This document shows positions 41,909-55,753 of a DNA stretch of 64,000 nt, in pieces. Under the pieces are notes generated by a model. That model did no database searches, had not been told where the DNA came from, and saw only the letters and a program-made list of their open reading frames with translations. How positions within the stretch are numbered: the stretch's first letter is position 1; each line of letters begins with the position of its first letter. Source of the stretch: Paraspadella gotoi (Eukaryota > Animalia > Chaetognatha); contig CM119269.1 of NCBI GenBank assembly GCA_051294375.1, forward strand, positions 19,940,657 through 20,004,656, read 5' to 3'. A program made the position numbers and the translations under genes.

Positions 41909-42211
41909 ACCCCCAATGTAAATACCGCGATATGACAGTCCAACCTACTTTTCAATTTGTAGATATGTTTATGAAATTGGTACAAACAATATAAAAATTA
42001 TAATACAGTGTAATAAAATCTTTATTATGTTTTTTAAAGATTTTTACCCTTAAGTTTCTCTATGCTATTTAAACTGAAAAAGAGAAATGAAATAAATGAT
42101 TCTTTTTATATAATTCTCATAAAATCTGGTATAAAATCTGGATGTAAATTAAAATGTTTAAAAATACAAAAAGTAGTAATAAAATACAAACCACGAACGG
42201 AAAAGTCAAAT

Positions 42212-43866
42212 TTAATAACGGTAATCCAAGAGCGTGTAGTTGAGCAGTTTTTCGGGCTCGGACACGAACCAACACGGGACATCTGCCATGTTGAGCTCGT
42301 CTGGGATCACATGACTTTTGACGAGGATGCTCTTCCCTTTGAAGCGAAGGGTGGTGCGACCGTCGGCTATGGCCAGGGAGCCGGAGGCTGCTGTAAATTC
42401 CCCTGTGGAGTGAAAGGTGGAACAAAGGTGAGAGAAATGAAGCAGCAAATGGGGCAAAAAGAAAACTTACCTATAAGTCCTGTATATTTCGTATTTAATC
42501 CGTGTTCCAAATAAATTCCGAGGTAGTGAAGCATTTGTTCCCGGTACAGTTTGGTCTTCTTTAGATGACGGTGATTTTGCTTGACGAAGAACGATGTGGA
42601 ACCGAACTGTACTTTGAGGACTTTCCAAGAGTCTTTGGTTACGGAGAAGCCCTTCTTTTTGTAGAAGAGAGTGGTGGGAGAGCCCACGTTGGGCCAGGGA
42701 AGTCTGTTAGAGGGGTAATGGGGAAATTCTGGAGTGAAACGGGACTAACTTCGAAATCAAGCTAAGGAAGTGCAGAATTGTGAAAATTCAACAGATAATG
42801 TCTGAAAGAGAGCCTGCCAAAAATTAGCTAAAAGCAAGAGAAGAAACAAACCAGAGTGCCGTGACTAGGAAAAAGACTTCGCTCTCGTTTCTTCTTAAAA
42901 TATAAAACGGCTCCTTCCTATCCCAGTAGACCCACTTGAGGATCCTCTTCTTCCCCTCGTAGACTCGAACGTCTCCGACAGAGATCTCGACGTAAACGCT
43001 CCTCCAGAGGTCGTGGAAGGTCAGGAGTCCGAAGTAGGTCGAGTTGCGTTCAATGTGGAATCGTCTAACAAAAGATGCACAACATTGACGTAGGATATTT
43101 AGTACGAGATAGTCGTGAAAGTTCCTTTTCATTGTTACTTCATGACGAGCGTGCCGACGACGTCAAGGGCATTGTCGACTCCGTAGAGCTTGAATGAGTC
43201 GCCGGCGTGGCCGTCCAAGTCGAAGCAGATCGTCCGGTTGATGCCCGGACCCTGAAGAAGGGATATATAGAGAAAGAGGAGGGGGCAGCGGAGAAGGTAG
43301 AGGGGAAGAGACATTAGAAAGCCGTAATGGAACATAAAAAGTGAAGACAATTAAGAAAAAAGGAATTGAACGTATAATCACAAAATAAAACAAAGAAGCA
43401 TTGTAAGCATGGGGGAACTGGAAATGGTAATAAATTAAAGCCATTACTGAATTGTCAATACTTCCCCATATTTTCAATGTGAACTTAAAGAAAGAAAAAA
43501 AACTTTTGGCATGATTCTACTTGCGACGACTATGGTTAAGGGAGGTTTTAAGGTTGAAAATAGTTTGAAAATAGTTCAAAAGTAGTTAAAGGTTAAAAAT
43601 AGTAAAGTTTAAAAGTTTTTAAAATTGAAAAAAATCAATAGTTTTTTAAATAATAAAATAATTAGATAATAATACCAAAATCCCAGTCGGCAAAAAATAA
43701 AATACTAAACTTTTTCATTGACATCTTGTAATTCAATAAAAGAATCTCGCACCTTGATGCTCACTCCGATGTGAGGGTCCGACTCACCAAAGGACGTCCA
43801 ACCAAAGACGAACGACGATGACAACGCTGTCGCCAAAATGAATAAAGGCTTGACAAATCGTTGCAT
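42212..43866 (-). CDS. Secreted 259-aa protein consisting solely of an inter-alpha-trypsin inhibitor heavy chain C-terminal (ITI_HC_C) domain; exons 43866-43753, 43251-43139, 43064-42936, 42703-42471, 42402-42212
   Basis: Five GT-AG exons total 780 nt in one open frame: signal peptide, ESDPHIGV, ICFDLDG..G..FKL, TYFG, HYLGIY, TGLIGEF, VPCWFV, LLDY-stop, colinear with ITIH motifs DPHF/LCFNID/TYFG/FLGFY/HGLLGQF/CWFV/DY. Confidence 0.85.
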
Positions 43867-46178
43867 CTTTCAGTTCTAAGATGGAATAAACAGTTAATAA
43901 AAAATAAAAAATCTAAAATAACTCGTCGAAAAATTAGAAGCAAAAACCGTAATCGGTATTAGATGTTAAATTCAATCTCAATAAGTCAGAGGCTGAAGAG
44001 AGTAAAGTGAATGTGTCTGCGGTGGAGGGAGAGAGAGACAAAGATATTCGAATAGAAAAATGGTGTTTTTTTTTTTTTAAATTTTATCGATTCGCCTTCG
44101 CCTTCTCAACGTTCCTTTTTATTTCCACACAATTCATTTGATATTTTTTTCTTCGTTAGCAAACGTTAACAAACGTATGCAATCAGTCGATTTAGCTTAA
44201 ACAATCCAAACAATACGCCGCTACCTCTCAATCCAAAATTTTTGAGTGAATAAGTTAAGGCTTGTTCCTGTAAATAAAATGAGAACGAAATTGTTTTTTT
44301 TAAAGTAGCATTTCCTTTGAAAAAAAAACAAAACAAACAAACTATAAATTCCTCATCTTCTTATAAAATCACACTTCAGAATTTAGTTTTGAATTTTTCC
44401 AATTATTTCGATTGGCTTGCTGAGCTTTAGATGTAATTGAACTTTACTTAGCCTCGTTCCCGACTCTCCGCCCTCGATGAAAACAAAAAGACTAATGTGT
44501 CTCCCTCTTTTTTTTTTTCATTCGTGATCCAAATTCCGTCGCAGTCCAACGACTTTGGGCGAAATCGACAAAAAATTTACTCGGTTAACACAATTTTCTC
44601 GGTTTTTATTCCCCCTCCTGCCCAAAGTATCTTTCGACTCTTTCTGATCTGACTTTAACTTCTAACTCTCTACCCGATTGTCTCATTTTCTTATTCCCTN
44701 NNNNNNNNNCCTATTGCTACATATTTCCCGTTGCTGAGGATCTGGCCCCTGTTATATTCATTTGCCTGATATCCCCCTCTTTCTCCCAGTTTATTTTTTA
44801 ATAATTTACCCCCCATTTTACTATTTTTCCCCCTCTTTTCCTCCCCTCGCCCCACCCCGCCCCATTTTAACCCTCTCCGTTTCCCATCATTTATCCCCCA
44901 AAATTTCTCTCTATGCCGGACCGGAAGGGAAAGAGGAACCGGGGGGGGTAGGCCGTTAAAAAAATATAGAGACACCGAAGAGGAGAGAGAGAGAGAGAGA
45001 GAGAGAGTCTCTTCTAAGCAATTTTTTTAGAGTTTTCAAAATTGGAAAATTCTCGGTTCCCGAATTTGCAAGAAGAAAAAAAAAAGGGGTCGATGATCAC
45101 ATTATGGAGGATGGTTTGGAGGACGAGGTTTTGAGGCGACAGAGACAAGGGTGCGGGGAGAAAGTTGGCGGGAGAAGACAAGGTGGAAATTGATAGAGAG
45201 AGAGACAATTAGAAGAATGAAAGGAAAGGAAACCCGAGTTAATGGGGAAGAGGTTTTATTAGGGAAACGGAGAAGTTTAAAAGAAAGGGAAAAGAATGCC
45301 GAATGGGAGAAAGCCGAAATGAGGGTGAGAAGATGAGGTAAGTGAAAAAAAAGCTTTGAAGGAGGAAGGGAAATGATATCAAAGGTAGAAGAAAAAAGAG
45401 GAAGATAAAAGTGAGAAATGACAGAGAAAAAAAATGATGAGTGTGAACGAATGACAGATTAAAAGAGAATTTGAGTAATGAGAATAAAAAGGATAAAATA
45501 AAAAGAAGATAATTTGAGATAATAATGAAAAGAGAAAAACGGGAATGTGAGATGAATTCGGGGAGATGGGGAAATGGCCCAAGTGAGATCAAATCAAGGA
45601 GAGGGATAAATAGGGGGAGTGAGATGTATAAAGGGAAAGAGAGAAATGGGGAAGAGAGATGAATTAAGGGAAAAGGGAGAGAGAGAAGGCGTGGCCGAGA
45701 GACGTGCCGAGCTTCCGCTCGCGGTCGATGGAGGGCGTCGAAGCGCGAATCGCCGGAAATGACTTCAAATGTGAAATGTGATTTGAGCGAGGAACCGCTG
45801 CTCATTTCTAGCACCATGGATCGAATCAGATATCGCACCTTGCTTAACTCCAAAACTACATTGCTTTATCCATGTTCACTTGCCTATTTTCACATATAAT
45901 TCACATGTGAAAAAATGCTTCACGCACGGCACGTCGCTGTTTCGATTCCTAATCCAGGCCCTCACCCTCACTCTTTCCAAACGTTGTCCATTTTTTTTTT
46001 GCAGTTGCCATATACCTTTACCACGCTTTTCTGATCTCGTCTCACGCTATTTGAAAGTTAAAATAATAATAAAAAAATGGATGGAGTCGAATTAGTAAAG
46101 TTATACAAAGTCTTTCAATATATGCAATTTTAAAAGCGACCATGTTTTCTGGGTGGGAGGCCCCATTCACATTCCAAA

Positions 46179-46235
<57 letters not shown>

Positions 46236-46326
46236 AAAGAGAGAGAGAGAGAGAGAGGATTTCCCCGGGATTTCTCACGATTCTTTTGATACTTTCCATA
46301 CTTTTTCGGGAGATTGTCGTTGAACC

Positions 46327-46415
<89 letters not shown>

Positions 46416-48645
46416 ATAGGCGAATCCGTCTCGCGCCGCAGTGAACGCGTGGGACGCTGTGGGTGGAAATTTTGCTTTTTGATCTCTGAAAATTAACTAC
46501 ATTAACAAAATAATTGTAATATGTGGTTATAAAGGGATATTGACTGGCACACTTCCTTTTTTTGGTTCGACCATTAATTTTAATTCCGGCTCTATAATCA
46601 AATTGGTCGGTTCGTCGGTCCTCCGTCATGACTTTGAATGCCAATTAGTATATCGGGCGATTGATTTGAAATCTTGTGGAAATTTAGTTTTGATGGAATT
46701 TTCCAAGTAGAAATGTGTTTAAATGGGGAAAAAAATCATGTTTCGTTTTTTTTTACTATTTCAGTATTTCATTATTTTTTAAATTTNNNNNNNNNNTAAA
46801 TGGGGAAAAAAAACCATGTTTCGTTTTTTTTTACTATTTTAAATTTTTGTATAATTAACAGGAGCAAAAATTATTATTAAAATAACAAACGAACATATAT
46901 TAAAAAAAAGGCTTATGATTATGTAAAAAAAAAAAAAGAGAGAGAGTTCATAACTTGAGTGAGCAGACTTAAAACAACGAGGCCGCCTACGCGGGCCAGA
47001 CCCTATAAAAAGTCGGGGGGGGGGGGGCTCGATAGAGAAAAAAGAGAGAAACTGGGTTGAGCGCTCAAACATGCGATCGGTTTTGTACTACACAAATGAA
47101 CGCAGCGTCAAAGAATCTTCTCCTCCTCTTCCTCTCCGTCTCCCTTCTCTCTCTCTCTGTTTCTTTACCACATTCCTTACTTTTGCTTGCTCTCGTTCAG
47201 GCTTCAACAACCCACTGGAAGATGCACTTCCGCTTTGGCGCCGAAAAAAGTGGAGCAGTTTTTTTCTAAAGGGGGGGGAGAGAATAATTTAATCCGTAAT
47301 GACGCTATGTATAGAGATGGGAAGAAGGTACGGGTCGTGCACGCGGGGCTATAAGGGGTTGAGAAGGGGAAACGTTGCCGAGTTACTTAGTCTGAAGCTT
47401 GAATGAATGTCGAGGGACAAAACTGTTTATACTTTTAATCTCTTCAATTGGAACTACATGGTGGTGCTTTACTATAAACCTAAGCGAAAATTTGGGAACA
47501 ATAGAATCTATCAAGTTTCGTTTTCGCACAAATATAACCAAAGAAATACCGTATTTCTCAAACTAACTATATCAGCGTATGATCAGTTGTAATCGACAGC
47601 CCTTCCTCTGCGAGAAAAAAACCTCAAATGCATTTCATCACGTTCTCTTCGTGAGCTCGTAGCGGTAAAGGAAAAAGGCGTTAAACGAAATTCCTCACGT
47701 CACATAAATCCGAACCCATAATCAAAGCGATTCACGTGTTCCTCAAAGAATTACCGGCACATATTGAGTGATTCATGTCAACAACAATTATCATAACGAA
47801 AGCAAATCGACTCGAAAATAACAGTAAAGAGTTTGGCTGTTGAAACGTCGCGAAGGACGAATCAGACGAAATTGAATCTTTTATTTTGTCCTTTATAAGA
47901 AATCGTTACGCGTCGCTCGGGGGCGACGATCGATACGAGGCGACCATCTCGTCGCACGGGAAGCAAAAAGAAACACGCAAACCAAAGATCGATTGAAGAT
48001 TAAGAAGACGGATAATTTTACTTTCGCCGACCGAATTAGGGGGGGGTTTAGTTTAGGGTAGTATTAGATTTAGGTTGAAAGATAATTAAGATTAAAATGG
48101 TTTAAGATTATAGAAATAAAATATTTTTTGAAATATTTTTAAAAAATAATGTTTTATAAAACCCCGTTGTTTACAAAACAAAGAATTTTATTTCGCGTAC
48201 ATGGTTTTACAAGCTTTTAGCAAATATGTTATAATTATAATTAGAATCCAAGCCTAAATATCTTGTACTTTCTAAGCCCTAACCCGAAAAACTGCAGAGG
48301 AAATGGCTAACAGTATTCGCGACAGGTGGGTTTAAAACTATTTAAAAATATTGTTTTTTAAATTAATTATTTCCTTAACGCTTAAATAGCTTTAACCCTA
48401 AAACAAAGCAATAACCAAAAAATAAAATGCTAAGTGTTAAAAAAAAAATATTTGGTCGGATAAGCTTGCTAGTAATTACTATGTAACAGCATTGCGATAC
48501 CGACATAAATATAGTTTAAAAGCCAATAATAAAATAAATTTTAATTTTGCCGATGAAGGTTTTTGTATCTTTTAAAATAACATTTAAAAATATTTATTTT
48601 AAAATATTAGTGTTGTTTTCTTTCTGTTTCGTTGTGATTGGTTTA

Positions 48646-48870
48646 GAACAAAGTTTGAAGAGAGATTTAAACAACGATTTTTATTTCATAATGAAACGGA
48701 CATGTTTGCTCTGTCTCTCTCTCTCTCTCTCTCTCTTTCTTTATGCACAAAATTCTCTTCAAATTCACAAATTGAATTTGGCGCTGAAGAAGACTCGTAT
48801 GTGAGTCGAAACATGTCCGTTTCACTATGAAATAAAAATCGTTTGTTAAATCTCTCTTCAAACTTTGTTC
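48646..48870. mobile_element. Duplicate of the TA-flanked MITE
   Basis: Same TIRs and flanks as 41581-41802. Confidence 0.8.
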
Positions 48871-49278
48871 TAAATTTTAAAATAAAAATTTAAAATATTA
48901 TCCTACCCTAACACCCCTAATCCACCTTAGCCCTAAACTCCTCTCACCGCGGTCGGCGGAAAATAAAATTACCCACCCAATGTAAATACCCCGCGATATG
49001 ACAGTCCAACCTACTTTTCAATTTGTATGATTATGTTTATGAATTGGTACACATAATATAAAAATTATAATACAGTGTAATAAAATCTTTATTATGTTTT
49101 TTATAAAGATTTTTACCCTTAAGTTTTCTATGCTATTTAAACGAAAAAGAGAAATGAAATAAATGATTCTTTTTATATAATTCTCATAAAATCTGGTAAA
49201 AAATCGGGATGTAAATTAAAATGTTTAAAAATACAAAAAGTAGTAATAAAATACAAACCACGAACGGAAAAGTCAAAT

Positions 49279-50933
49279 TTAATAACGGTAATCCAAGAGC
49301 GTGTAGTTGAGCCAGTTTTTCGGGCTCGGACACGAACCAACACGGGACATCTGCCATGTTGAGCTCGTCTGGGATCACATGACTTTTGACGAGGATGCTC
49401 TTCCTTTGAAAGCGAAGGGTGGTGCGACCGTCGGCTATGGCCAGGGAGCCGGAGGCTGCTGTAAATTCCGCCTGTGGAGTGAAAGGTGGAACAAAGGTGA
49501 GAGAAATGAAGCAGCAAATGGGGCAAAAAGAAAACTTACCTATAAGTCCTGTATATTTCGTATTTAATCCGTGTTCCAAAATAAATTCCGAGGTAGTGAA
49601 GCATTTGTTCCGCGGTACAGTTTGGTCTTCTTTAGATGACGGTGATTTTGCTTGACGAAGAACGATGTGGAACCGAACTGTACTTTGAGGACTTTCCAAG
49701 AGTCTTTGGTTACGGAGAAGCCCTTCTTTTTGTAGAAGAGAGTGGTGGGAGAGCCCACGTGGGCCAGGGAAGTCTGTTAGAGGGGTAATGGGGAAATTCT
49801 GGAGTGAAACGGGACTAACTTCGAAATCAAGCTAAGGAAGTGCAGAATTGTTGAAAATTCAACAGATAATGTCTGAAAGAGAGCCTGCCAAAAATTAGCT
49901 AAAAGCAGAGAAGAAACAAACAGAGTGCCGTGACTAGGAAAAAGACTTCGCTCTCGTTTCTTCTTAAAATATAAAACGGCTCCTTCCTATCCAGTAGACC
50001 CACTTGAGGATCCTCTTCTTCCCCTCGTAGACTCGAACGTCTCCGACAGAGATCTCGACGTAAACGCTCCTCCAGAGGTCGTGAAGGTCAGGAGTCCGAA
50101 GTAGGTCGAGTTGCGTTCAATGTGGAATCGTCTAACAAAAGATGCACAACATTGAGTAGGATATTTAGTACGAGATAGTCGTGAAAGTTCTTTTCATTGT
50201 TACCTCATGACGGAGCGTGCCGACGACGTCAAGGGCATTGTCGACTCCGTAGAGCTTGAATGAGTCGCCGGCGTGGCCGTCCAAGTCGAAGCAGATCGTC
50301 CGGTTGATGCCCGGACCTGAAGAAGGGATATATAGAGAAAGAGGAGGGGGCAGCGGAGAAGGTAGAGGGGAAGAGACATTAGAAAAGCCGTAATGGAACA
50401 TAAAAAGTGAAGACAATTAAGAAAAAAGGAATTGAACGTATAATCACAAAATAAAACAAAGAAGCATTGTAAGCATGGGGGACTGGAAATGGTAATAAAT
50501 TAAAGCCATTACTGAATTGTCAATACTTCCCCATATTTTCAAATGTGAACTTAAAAGAAAGAAAAAAAAACTTTTGGCATGATTCTACTTGCGACGACTA
50601 TGGTTAAGGGAGGTTTTAAGGTTGAAAATAGTTTGAAAATAGTTCAAAAGTAGTTAAAGGTTAAAAATAGTAAAGTTTAAAAGTTTTTAAAATTGAAAAA
50701 AATCAATAGTTTTTTAAATAATAAAATAATTAGATTAATAATACCAAAATCCAGTCGGCAAAAAATAAAATACTAAACTTTTTCATTGACATCTTGTAAT
50801 TCAATAAAAGAATCTCGCACCTTGATGCTCACTCCGATGTGAGGGTCCGACTCACCAAAGGACGTCCAACCAAAGACGAACGACGATGACAACGCTGTCG
50901 CCAAAATGATAAAGGCTTGACAAATCGTTGCAT
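49279..50933 (-). pseudogene. Second copy of the ITI_HC_C-only gene, frameshifted as assembled
   Basis: Same five exons; several 1-bp indels (e.g. ccaaaatgat vs ccaaaatgaat) break the frame; these may be sequencing errors. Confidence 0.7.
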
Positions 50934-52045
50934 CTTTCAGTTCTAAGATGGAATAAACAGTTAATAAAAAATAAAAAATCTAAAATAACTCGTCGAAAAA
51001 TTAGAAGCAAAAACCGTAATCGGTATTAGATGTTAAATTCAATCTCAATAAGTCAGAGGCTGAAGAGAGTAAAGTGAATGTGTCTGCGGTGGAGGGAGAG
51101 AGAGCAAAAGATATTCGAATAGAAAAATGGTGTTTTTTTTTTTTTAAAATTTTTATCGATTCGCCTTCGCCTTCTCAACGTTCCTTTTTTATTTCCACAC
51201 AATTCATTTGATATTTTTTTTTCTTCGTTAGCAAACGTTAACAAAACGTATGCAATCAGTCGATTTAGCTTAAACAATCCAAACAATACGCCGCTACCTC
51301 TCAATCCAAAATTTTGAGTGAATAAGTTAAGGCTTGTTCCTGTAAATAAAATGAGAACGAAATTGTTTTTTTAAAGTAGCATTTCCTTTGAAAAAAAACA
51401 AAACAAACAAACTATAAATTCCTCATCTTCTTATAAAATCACACTTCAGAATTTAGTTTTGAATTTTCCAATTATTTCGATTGGCTTGCTGAGCTTTAGA
51501 TGTAATTGAACTTTACTTAGCCTCGTTCCCGACTCTCCGCCCTCGATGAAAACAAAAAGACTAATGTGTCTCCCTCTTTTTTTTTTTCATTCGTGATCCA
51601 AATCCGTCGCAGTCCAACGACTTTGGGCGAAATCGACAAAAAATTTACTCGGTTAAACACAATTTTCTCGGTTTTTATTCCCCTCCTGCCCAAAGTATCT
51701 TTCGACTCTTTCTGATCTGACTTTAACTTCTAACTCTCTACCCATTGTCTCATTTTCTTTTATTCCCTTTTTTTTTCACCCTTTGCTACATATTTCCCGT
51801 TGCTGGGGATCTGGCCCTCTGTATATTCATTTTCCTGATATTCCCCTCTTTTCTCCAAGTTTATTTTTTTAATAATTTACCCCCATTTTACTATTTTTCC
51901 CCCTCTTTTCCTCCCCTCGCCCCACCCCGCCCATTTTAACCCTCTCCGTTTCCCATCATTTATCCCCAAAATTTCTCTCGTATGCCGGACCGGAAGGGAA
52001 AGAGGAACCGGGGGGGGTAGGCCGTTAAAAAAATATAGAGACACC

Positions 52046-52079
<34 letters not shown>

Positions 52080-53250
52080 TCTCTTCTAAGCAATTTTTTT
52101 AGAGTTTTCAAAATTGGAAAATTCTCGGTCCCGAATTTTGCAAGAAAGAAAAAAAAAGGGGTCGATGATCACATTATGGAGGATGGTTCGGAGGACGAGG
52201 TTTTGAGGCGACAGAGACAAGGGTGCGGGGAGAAAGTTGGCGGGAGAAGACAAGGTGGAATTGATAGAGAAGAGAGACAATTAGAAGAATGAAAGGAAAG
52301 GAAACCGAGTTAAGGGGAAGAGGTTTTATTAGGGAAACGGAGAAGTTTAAAAGAAAGGGAAAAGAATGGCCAATGGGAGAAAGCCGAAATTGAGGTGAGA
52401 AGATGAGGTAAGTGAAAAAAAAGCTTTGAAGGTGGAAGGGAAATGATATCAAAGGTAGAAGAAAGAAGAGAAAAAAGTGAGAAAATGACAGAGAAAAAAT
52501 GAGATGGTGTGAAGAATGACAGATTAAAGAGAATTTGAGTAATGAGAATAAAAAGGATAAAATAAAAAAGATAATTTGAGATAATAATGAAAAGAGAAAA
52601 AAGGGAATAGTGAGATGAATTCGGGAGATGGGGAAAATGGCCCAAGGAGATCAAATTCAAGGAGAGGGATAAATAGGGGGAGTGAGATGTATAAAAGGGA
52701 AAGAGAGAAATGGGGAAGAGAGATGAATTAAGGGAAAAGGGAGAGAGAGAAGGCGTGGCCGAGAGACGTGCCGAGCTTCCCGCTCGCGGTCGATGGAGGC
52801 GTCGAAGCGCGAATCGCCGGAAATGACTTCAAATGTGAAATGTGATCTTGAGCGAGGAACCGCTGCTCATTTCTAGCACCATGGGATCCGAATCAGATAT
52901 CGCACCTTGCTTAACTCCAAAACTACATTGCTTTATCCATGTTCACTTGCCTATTTTCACATAAAATTCACATGTGAAAAAATTCTTCACGCACGGCACG
53001 TCGCTGTTTTCGATTCCTAATCCAGGCCCTCACCCTCACTCTTTCCCAAACGTTGTCCATTTTTTTTTTGCAGTTGCCATATACCTTTACCACGTTTTTC
53101 TGATCTCGTCCTCACGCTATTTGAAAGTTAAAATAATAATAAAAAAATGGATGGAGTCGAATTAGTAAAGTTATACAAAGTCTTTCAATATATGCAATTT
53201 TTAAAGAGCGACCATGTTTTCTGGGTGGGAGGCCCCATTCACATTCCAAA

Positions 53251-53289
<39 letters not shown>

Positions 53290-53385
53290 AGAGAGAGAGA
53301 GAGAGAGAGAGATTTCCCGCGGATTTCTCAACGATTCTTTTGATACTTTCCATACTTTTTCGGGAGATTGTCGTTGAACCGAGAG

Positions 53386-53442
<57 letters not shown>

Positions 53443-54137
53443 AGAGAGAGAGAGAGAGAGAGTTTTATAAGCGAATCCGTCTTCGCGCCGCAGTGAACGC
53501 GTGGGACGCTGTGGGTGGAAATTTTGCTTTTGATCTCTGAAAATTAACTACATTAACAAATAATTGTAATATGTGGTTATAAAGGGATATTGACTGGCAC
53601 ACTTCCTTTTTTTGGTTCGACCATTAATTTTAATTCCGGCTCTATAATCAAATTGGTCGGTTCGTCGTCCTCCGTCATGACTTTGAATGTCAATTAGTAT
53701 ATCGGGCGATTGATTTGAAATCTTGTGAAATTTAGTTTTGATGAATTTTCCAAGTAGAAATGTGTTAAATTGGGGAAAAAAATGTTTCGTTTTTTTTTTA
53801 CTATTTTAAATTTTTGTATAATTAACAGGCACAAAAATTATTATTAAATAACAAACGAACATATATTAAAAAAAAGGCTTATGATTATGTAAAAAAAAAG
53901 GATGAAAAAAATAAAAAGATGGAACAAATGAAAGAAAGAGAGAACAAATCATAAATAAATTTTTGAATTATAAATATTAAATTTAAATCTTATGCATTAT
54001 AAAAAGANNNNNNNNNNNNNNNNNNNNNNNNNAAGATGAAAAAAATAAAAGATGGAACAAATGAAGAAAGAGAGAACAAATCATAAATAAATTTTGAATT
54101 ATAAATATTAAATTTAAATCTTATGCATTATAAAAAG

Positions 54138-55309
54138 ATCACAAGATGAATAATAAACTTAATCGTCTGTTAAGCTTCTTTCCGCTAAAGATCGTGAGCA
54201 GTCCGGCATTGTTTGCTAAACCGAGTTTACTTTTTCAACGATAATCCCCGCGTAATGACGTAAACGGGGGAAAAGTACGGCGTCGTTTTACGCCGGCGTC
54301 TTTTTGCGGCTAATGATAGTGACGCCGCGCGACGCCGCCCGTCGCCACGTTAATCGACCTCAAAGCGCCGGCTGAGTGACGCCGATCTTATCTTTTAGTT
54401 CTTCGCTTTCTCGATAATAGATATTCATCTCCACCTCTCTCTCCCTGACTCTCTCATTCTCTTCATCACTCTATTTCACTCTATTGCAACAAACGCTATT
54501 ATTACTGTCATTAACATTTTAGTTGCATTTTTTTTTTCCTTTCTTTTTTCATATCATGAGAGATATGGTCTTCACAATATTTGTTTTATCACTTGAAGAC
54601 ATTGTGATTGAAGAGTCAACTCAAGACTCAACATTAAGATTTTCTCACTGTTACGTCTGTGGTTGATTTTCTCTGCACCATAGATTCCATGATTGAGACT
54701 CTCAAGAGTTTTCTTGGTCACAAGATGAATAATAACTTATCGTCTGTTAAGCTTCTTTCCGCTAAAGAATCGTGAGCAGATCCGGCATTGTTTGCTAAAC
54801 CGAGTTTACTTTTTCAACGATAATCCCCGCGTAATGACGTAAACGGGGAGAAAAGTACGGCGTCGTTTTTTACGCCGGCGTCTTTTTGCGGCTATGATAG
54901 TGACGCCGCGCGACGCCGCCCGTCGCCACGTTAATCGACCTCAAAGCGCCGGCTGAGTGACGCCGATCTTATCTTTTAGTTCTTCGCTTTCTCGATAATA
55001 GATATTCATCTCCACCTCTCTCTCCCTGACTCTCTCATTCTCTTCATCACTCTATTTCACTCTATTGCAAACAAACGCTATTATTACTGTCATTAACATT
55101 TTAGTTGCATTTTTTATTTTTCCTTTCTTTTTTTCATATCATGAGAGATATGGTCTTCACCAAAATATTTGTTTTATCACTTGAAGACATTGTGATTGAA
55201 GAGTCAACTCAAGACTCAACATTAAGATTTTCTCACTGTTACGTCTGTGGTTGATTTTCTCTGCACCATAGATTCCATGATTGAGACTCTCAAGAGTTTT
55301 CTTGGCCAC
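54138..55309. repeat. Two-unit tandem duplication of ~580-590 bp
   Basis: tcacaagatgaataa... at 54138 and 54718; both units end ctctcaagagttttcttgg. Confidence 0.92.
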
Positions 55310-55333
55310 TCGAGGTTCAGCTCGTGACAATGA

Positions 55334-55466
<133 letters not shown>

Positions 55467-55662
55467 CCCGACTCTTAAAAGCAGCAACTAAATCATAATC
55501 CCCTTTCCTTCCTTTTGTTTCCAGACTTTCAACAAAAGATCTCTCGCGGGAAAGTCGGCCCTGGTGGCGCCAAAACAAACAAATGTTGCCGGCGCTCAGC
55601 CTCGAAAATGAAACATCAACAAAAGAACATTTCCCGAGCTGGGACGCGGCGTCCGCGGAGAG

Positions 55663-55753
<91 letters not shown>

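Larger units (their letters stand above)
40041..46939. repeat. Copy A of a ~6.9-kb tandem duplication
   Basis: Starts ttcataacttga...; colinear with 46948-53900 throughout. Confidence 0.95.
46948..53900. repeat. Copy B of the ~6.9-kb tandem duplication
   Basis: Colinear with 40041-46939; differs mostly by 1-bp indels. Confidence 0.95.

Noticed and set aside
53898-54137. ~110-bp direct repeat either side of an N gap (likewise 46720-46838)
   Set aside because: Typical unmerged contig overlap at a scaffold gap.
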